A DNA stretch of 55,791 nucleotides, counting the filler, from Squatina squatina (lineage: Eukaryota), in the NCBI GenBank assembly GCA_031763465.1. It is 4 parts of 4 records of this genome, joined end to end, with 100 filler letters (N's around TTAATTAATTAA, not from the genome) between each part and the next. Parts side by side here need not be neighbours in the genome. Positions count along the whole stretch, not along the records: positions 43,042 to 55,791 come from JARFOE010000073.1; 3 more parts are not named here. One strand, written 5' to 3'. Below the pieces are notes generated by a model that was given only the letters and a program-made list of their open reading frames with translations, did not search any database and was not told the DNA's origin. This document shows, one piece after another, positions 50,482 through 55,791 of this stretch (positions are counted from its first letter, which is position 1; the number at the start of each line of letters is the position of its first letter). Position numbers and translations under genes: made by a program.

Positions 50482-50670
50482 CCCATGTCCCTTTAATACC
50501 CCTTGGTTAACAGTTTAATATAGCTTCTCTTCAACCTTCCTACCAAAATGTATCACTTCGTACTTCATCATCTGCTCTGTGTCTGCCCATTTTACCAGCC
50601 TGCCTGTGTCCTCTGAAGTCTGTTACTATCCCCCTCACTGTTTACTACATTTCCGAGTTTGTACCACTGT
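50482..50670 (-). mobile_element. CR1 fragments
   Basis: CTACCAAAATGTATCACTTC...TGTGTCTGCCCATTTTACCAGCCTG is the reverse of the 12730-12790 type RT sequence. Confidence 0.6.
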
Positions 50671-52550
50671 TTGCGATTATCGCAGCTGCACATTACATAA
50701 GAGTTCAGCTCACATACTAGCAAGGCACATCTTGTGTTAGATTTACTGAGCCCTATAAAATTGTACCAATGTCCCTATAAGGAGTTTAGTCTTCATGCCT
50801 TACCCCACCAGGATTATTTTTAGCCTGAAAGGCAGGATGACAGTACACTCCCAAATGTCAAGAAACTAGCCAAAAAAAAGTGGCGCTAAGCGTTTTCCTG
50901 GAATGCTTCCAATTAACTCAATTCTTCACTGCTCTGATTTGCCCTCGGGAAACTCTTAAACCCAGNNNNNNNNNNNNNNNNNNNNNNNNNNNNNNNNNNN
51001 NNNNNNNNNNNNNNNNNNNNNNNNNNNNNNNNNNNNNNNNNNNNNNNNNNNNNNNNNNNNNNNNNGGGAATATCGCAGGGCGGGCTTAACCAGCCCAATC
51101 ATCGTAAAATCATGTCAGAGGCCGGGATTGAGACAGGTGTGGGATCGGGACTCAGCAAGTACGTCACCCACCCCGGACCCGCCGAGGTTGGTAAAATCCA
51201 GCCCTTCATGTGTGGGCCTTGACATTTTAATTGGCAGGCTATTCAACGACCATTTCTTCTGCAAGAATGATCTGTGGAAACTCCTCGCTGGGCGACACAA
51301 TTAAAAAATCTAATTGGTTTTTTCTTGTTTCCAAGATAAAGAACCAAGATTGAATCAAGTTGCACCAGCTCAGACTACACGGAGTGTAATTAAAACAATT
51401 CTTTAGCGAAAGCTGTTACCTGGCTACCCTAAAGTTAAACAGCCTGATGCAAAAGATAATTGGATGAGATGCCAGATTTATTTTAAGCACCAAGTACTTG
51501 CTTTGGTCTACTTTACTCTGCTCATCTAAAATCATTGCAAAATATGTTTATCATTTACCGGGGGTAAAAATCTATTTAAGAGTTTTTAAGCATTTTAAAA
51601 ATTGTTCTTATTCACCTTTTTGAGTGCCATGGTGTATTAAGTGACTGTAAATTATCCTTGCATGGATATAGTGTGTCCATATGTTGGCAGCTTGGCTTAA
51701 TCTGCTTACTCCTGCCTAAGGATCAGAATTAATGACTAAACAGAAAAACAGATTGTGGAGCATTGTGACAGGCAGCATTACTCATCTAAAGATTAATGCA
51801 AAACACTGGGGAGCTTCATTTCCTTCAGATGTTAACTGTGTCACCAATTCACTATTTTCCCAATGAAAATCTACTCAGCTGGTAGCACTTACAATGATAT
51901 CACACCAGAATTCAGCAACCTCCCCGATCCTCATGGATGATATTAGAATTTCCCAGACTTCCAGTTTAAACATGTTGCCTAGAATTATTTCCATTGGTCT
52001 GCCAACTTGCTTACTGTCGTCGATGACTGTTCGATCTCCGTCACATTTTATAGTCCGAAAATGAAATGTGGCCTATGTACCAAAAAAAGATGGTTATTTT
52101 TAACTTCTATTTCAAAGGAATTTATGATGGATATTTTTATTATAATATTTTAACTATATGGGGNNNNNNNNNNNNNNNNNNNNNNNNNNNNNNNNNNNNN
52201 NNNNNNNNNNNNNNNNNNNNNNNNNNNNNNNNNNNNNNNNNNNNNNNNNNNNNNNNNNNNNNNTAATTGAATTAAAGCCACTTGCAACAATTTTGGCTAT
52301 TCCTCTGATGATATGCAATTAAGATCAGTGGAACTAGTGTAGGTTAAAGTATGAAAAACACAACTAATATCCATTCGGACTCTGACTATGGATGGCATGG
52401 CTTTGTGTTGTGTCGGGTCCCTATGCAAACGTATTTAGAGGAGCACTGCCTGCATGAAAAAGGGGAATAAAATGGGTTTGTATTTTTATTGCATCTTGTC
52501 GTAATGACTCATACACACTACGTACAAAAGAATTACTTTGNNNNNNNNNN

Positions 52551-52825
52551 AGTTGCACAGGGAAACGCGTCAATCATTTTGAGAACAACAAGGTTCCACA
52601 AATAGCATTGAGATGAACGATCAGGTGGTTGAGGGAGGAATGTTAGCCATGACACCAGGAGAATTTCTTGTTCTTCTTTGAGTAGTGCAATGGGATCCCG
52701 AACATTCATCTGAAACACCAGAACGGGCATTTAGGCACAGGTTTAATGTCTCGCTTGAAAGACAATGCCTCAAAAAAGAAATGCAATTCTCCCTCAGTGC
52801 TGCACTGGAGTATAAGCCTAGAAGG
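52551..52825 (-). mobile_element. Deu-domain SINE, degenerate
   Basis: Reverse complement of the Deu core (TAGTGCAATGGGATC, GGTTTAATGTCTC, CTCCCTCAGTGCTGCACTGG). Confidence 0.7.
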
Positions 52826-53081
52826 GATTTAACAAACCTTATTTTTGTGTGAGGGTGAAGGGAAGGCAGTGCCATTTTTATCACATTGATATCACTGACA
52901 AGAGGCACAATGACAATACTATAGCGAGGGTATGCCATCACATTGGGAATTTGAAAATAAACAAAAATGATTTGTCAAACANNNNNNNNNNNNNNNNNNN
53001 NNNNNNNNNNNNNNNNNNNNNNNNNNNNNNNNNNNNNNNNNNNNNNNNNNNNNNNNNNNNNNNNNNNNNNNNNNNNNNNNN

Positions 53082-53833
53082 ACAACCCAGCCCAAACCCA
53101 CCAAGCCAAATCCAATCCAACCCAATCCAATGCACCACAACCCAAACCACCCAACCCAATCCAAACCAACCCAACCTAACCCCACCAACCCCACCCAACT
53201 CAACCTAACACAACACAACACAGCCCCACCCAACCCCACCCAACCCAATCCAACAAACATCCAGCCAACCCAACCCCAACCAATTCAACGCAAAACAATC
53301 CAACTCCACAAAACCCAATTAAATCCCACACAACCCAACCCCACCGAACCTAACGCAACACAATCCAACCCCACACATCCAAATTCAACATCACCCAACC
53401 AAACCCAATGCAACTCCACACAACCCAACCCCACCCAACCCAACCCCATCAAATCCAATAAAACCTAGCACCACCCAACCCAACCAAACCCAATACAACC
53501 CAATCCAAACCAACCCGACACAATCCAATACTACACCGCCCCACCCAACACAACCCAAACCAAACTCACCCAACCCAATCCACCTCAACACAAACAAACC
53601 CAACCCAATGCAACACAATCCAACACAATCCAGCCCAACCTAACCCACTCAACCCAACCCACCCCAACACAAACCAACCCAACCCAACGCAACCCCACCC
53701 AACCCAATCCAACCCAACCCAACTCCACCCAATCCAACCCAACCCCACCCAACCCAATCCAACCCAACCCAACCCCACCCAACCCAATCCAACCCCACCC
53801 AACCCAATCCAACCCAACCCAACTCCACCCAAT
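53082..53833. repeat. Degenerate pentamer satellite (CCAAC/CCAAT/CCCAC)n
   Basis: Directly visible; flanked by gaps on both sides. Confidence 0.95.
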
Positions 53834-55544
53834 NNNNNNNNNNNNNNNNNNNNNNNNNNNNNNNNNNNNNNNNNNNNNNNNNNNNNNNNNNNNNNNNNNN
53901 NNNNNNNNNNNNNNNNNNNNNNNNNNNNNNNNNTGTGCTTTTCCCTTGCACGGTGAGTGTAGATCTTTTTAGCTGGGTTACTGAAGATGCATGCAGACAC
54001 TAGGCAGTTCCCCACTGACACCAAACTAAGGCTGTGCAGAGTGAAGAACCAAAAGCAGAAGTCTGGGAAGAGATTTCCTGTCTGGCATCCATGGAGGGAA
54101 GACCAAAAGTGTAGCTGGAGAAATCCAGGGAAATAAACGTGTTGGGGGACATCTGCCATGTTGAATGCTGGTGCCCTCTGTTACTCAGTCATCGAATATG
54201 AAATCTCCAAAATGTCTTCAATGAGGTTGGCCCATCATTTGATTTATACCAAATGATGTTGATCATAGTGTAATAGTTCAAGCAACAAGGTGTTGAAAAT
54301 GGCCACTGAGATATGTCAAAGACTAAAACTTTTTAAATTGTATGCTACTGATGCTGATTATCCATTTTACTTGGAATACTGCAAAATAAATTAGGATTCT
54401 GAGACATTCTTGCAATTTTGCTGGTCATTTTCATGAATTCTGTCCCTCTCCTATACCCACTTCCAAAATAACACGAGTCTTTAATTCCTAATTTGGTGAG
54501 GACTTGGAAACCATATTCCATAAGATTTCTGTACAAAACCACATAACTTTAATAAATATGTTCCAAATTATTTAAACAAATAAAACCATTCTTAGAAACT
54601 GCACTGTCATTGTACAGCTGGCTTTTCATCTCAAGTACAAGCAATGCAAAACTGTACACATAAAAATCTAGACCAACTGATACACAAAGTACAGCATCAT
54701 TCTGTCCTATCACAAAGCACAAGCAAAACACTTTGTTTTACAATTTTACACCATGTACCCTATACAAAAATAAGTTATTAAATACTCAACACATTGCACT
54801 TTGTAACAGCAAGAGATGAGATACTTTGGTCAAGCAGATATGCAACTGTGAAACACTGCAGTCTTTTTTAATATAGTGAAACAGTTAAACAATTATCTTT
54901 AAACATTTGTGAACGACTATTGTGATCAGGCCAAAAACACTGAAGTGAAATAACAAATATTTAACATACTTAATCTGAGGAAAGGCTCCACACTACTCTT
55001 TAGACCTGTGAAAGTTGCTCAGCAGTATGTACAGTTTAATAAGAGCCTTTTGTCATCTCCATCCTTTTCATATGTTTTACTGTTCTCCTTGGCCCTGGCT
55101 ACTTGTGTGGATGATCATGTGACCCAAACACACACTGGCTCCCTCAGGAGGTAAGAGAAAGTCTGGCTTTAGAAGATGGATTTTCATTCACAGTAGAGAA
55201 GCTATCTTGTCACAAACCCTCTTCTAGTCTGGCAAATAGGTGGCAGCTCAACTACTTTTGCTGATGGTAGACAGTTTGGAACTGTTTACTCATTATTTTC
55301 CAAGCTCTCAGTATCCTGACCAGGCCAATGACACTTTCTCACCTTTTGGGCTGAGCCATTGTCCAATTTGAAGTTCTAAGCAAATAAACAGCTGCAGTTT
55401 GGATGGTGGGAGGGGTCTGCTGCCCCAACAACTTTTGCTTGGCTCTATCTGCTGGCTCCATAGCAGCCGACTGTACAGAAACACAAGTAGATGGAAAGAT
55501 TTGTGTATGTGAAGTATGTATAATTGATGAATGATAACTTGGAA

Positions 55545-55690
55545 ATCTTCGCTCGCTTGTTCGCCTGCCCCCACCCCGCCTCCATTAAAGGGCAGGTTCA
55601 AGGCGGATTGGGTTCAGGCTTGAGATTTTTCACAATTTTACTTTCCACTCAGCCCAATCCCACCCATTTTGGAGGTTAAAACTCCCCCCA
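55545..55690. mobile_element. Right end of a MITE-like element
   Basis: GC-rich block ending in GGTTAAAACTCCCCC. Confidence 0.45.
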
Positions 55691-55717
55691 AGATCACAAG
55701 AAGAAGCTAAGTGAAAT

Positions 55718-55791
55718 ATAGAAACATAGAAAATAGGAACAGGAGTAGGCCATTCGGCCCTTCGAGCCTGCTCCGCCATTCAATATGATCA
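55718..55791 (-). mobile_element. CR1 3' tail
   Basis: TAGAAACATAGAAAATAGGAACAGGAGTAGGCCATTCGGCCCTTCGAGCCTGCTCCGCC. Confidence 0.85.

Noticed and set aside
630-54159. Many listed ORFs containing X runs
   Set aside because: They stay open only because N gaps hide stop codons.
52919-54159. PNPTQ- and GLGWV-rich ORFs
   Set aside because: Translations of the CCAAC satellite.

Overview
This is vertebrate genomic DNA, most likely a cartilaginous fish (shark), inferred from its repeats: CR1/L2/RTE LINEs, Deu-domain SINE, LF-SINE and Penelope-like fragments. The window is not one locus. It is four gappy scaffolds joined by artificial linkers (44N-TTAATTAATTAA-44N), and each scaffold is broken by many ~100-N gaps. 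Segment 1 (1-16416): 3' exons of MYBL1 (+), three ADHFE1 exons (-) and a possible VXN exon between them, matching human 8q13 synteny. Segment 2 (16517-29032): an exon of a GOLIM4-like paralog, SSU72 exon 2 (followed by a U12-type donor) and the CpG-island start of TMEM240, matching human 1p36 synteny. Segment 3 (29133-42941): an ASTN2 exon within intronic DNA. Segment 4 (43042-55791): repeats, a (CCAAC)n satellite and one unidentified candidate terminal exon. Gene and repeat identities come from my recall of known sequences, not from database searches. I found no CRISPR array, prokaryotic system or clearly new biological system. The best leads are the GOLIM4 paralog, the minor-spliceosome intron, the ancient SINEs and the orphan exon.
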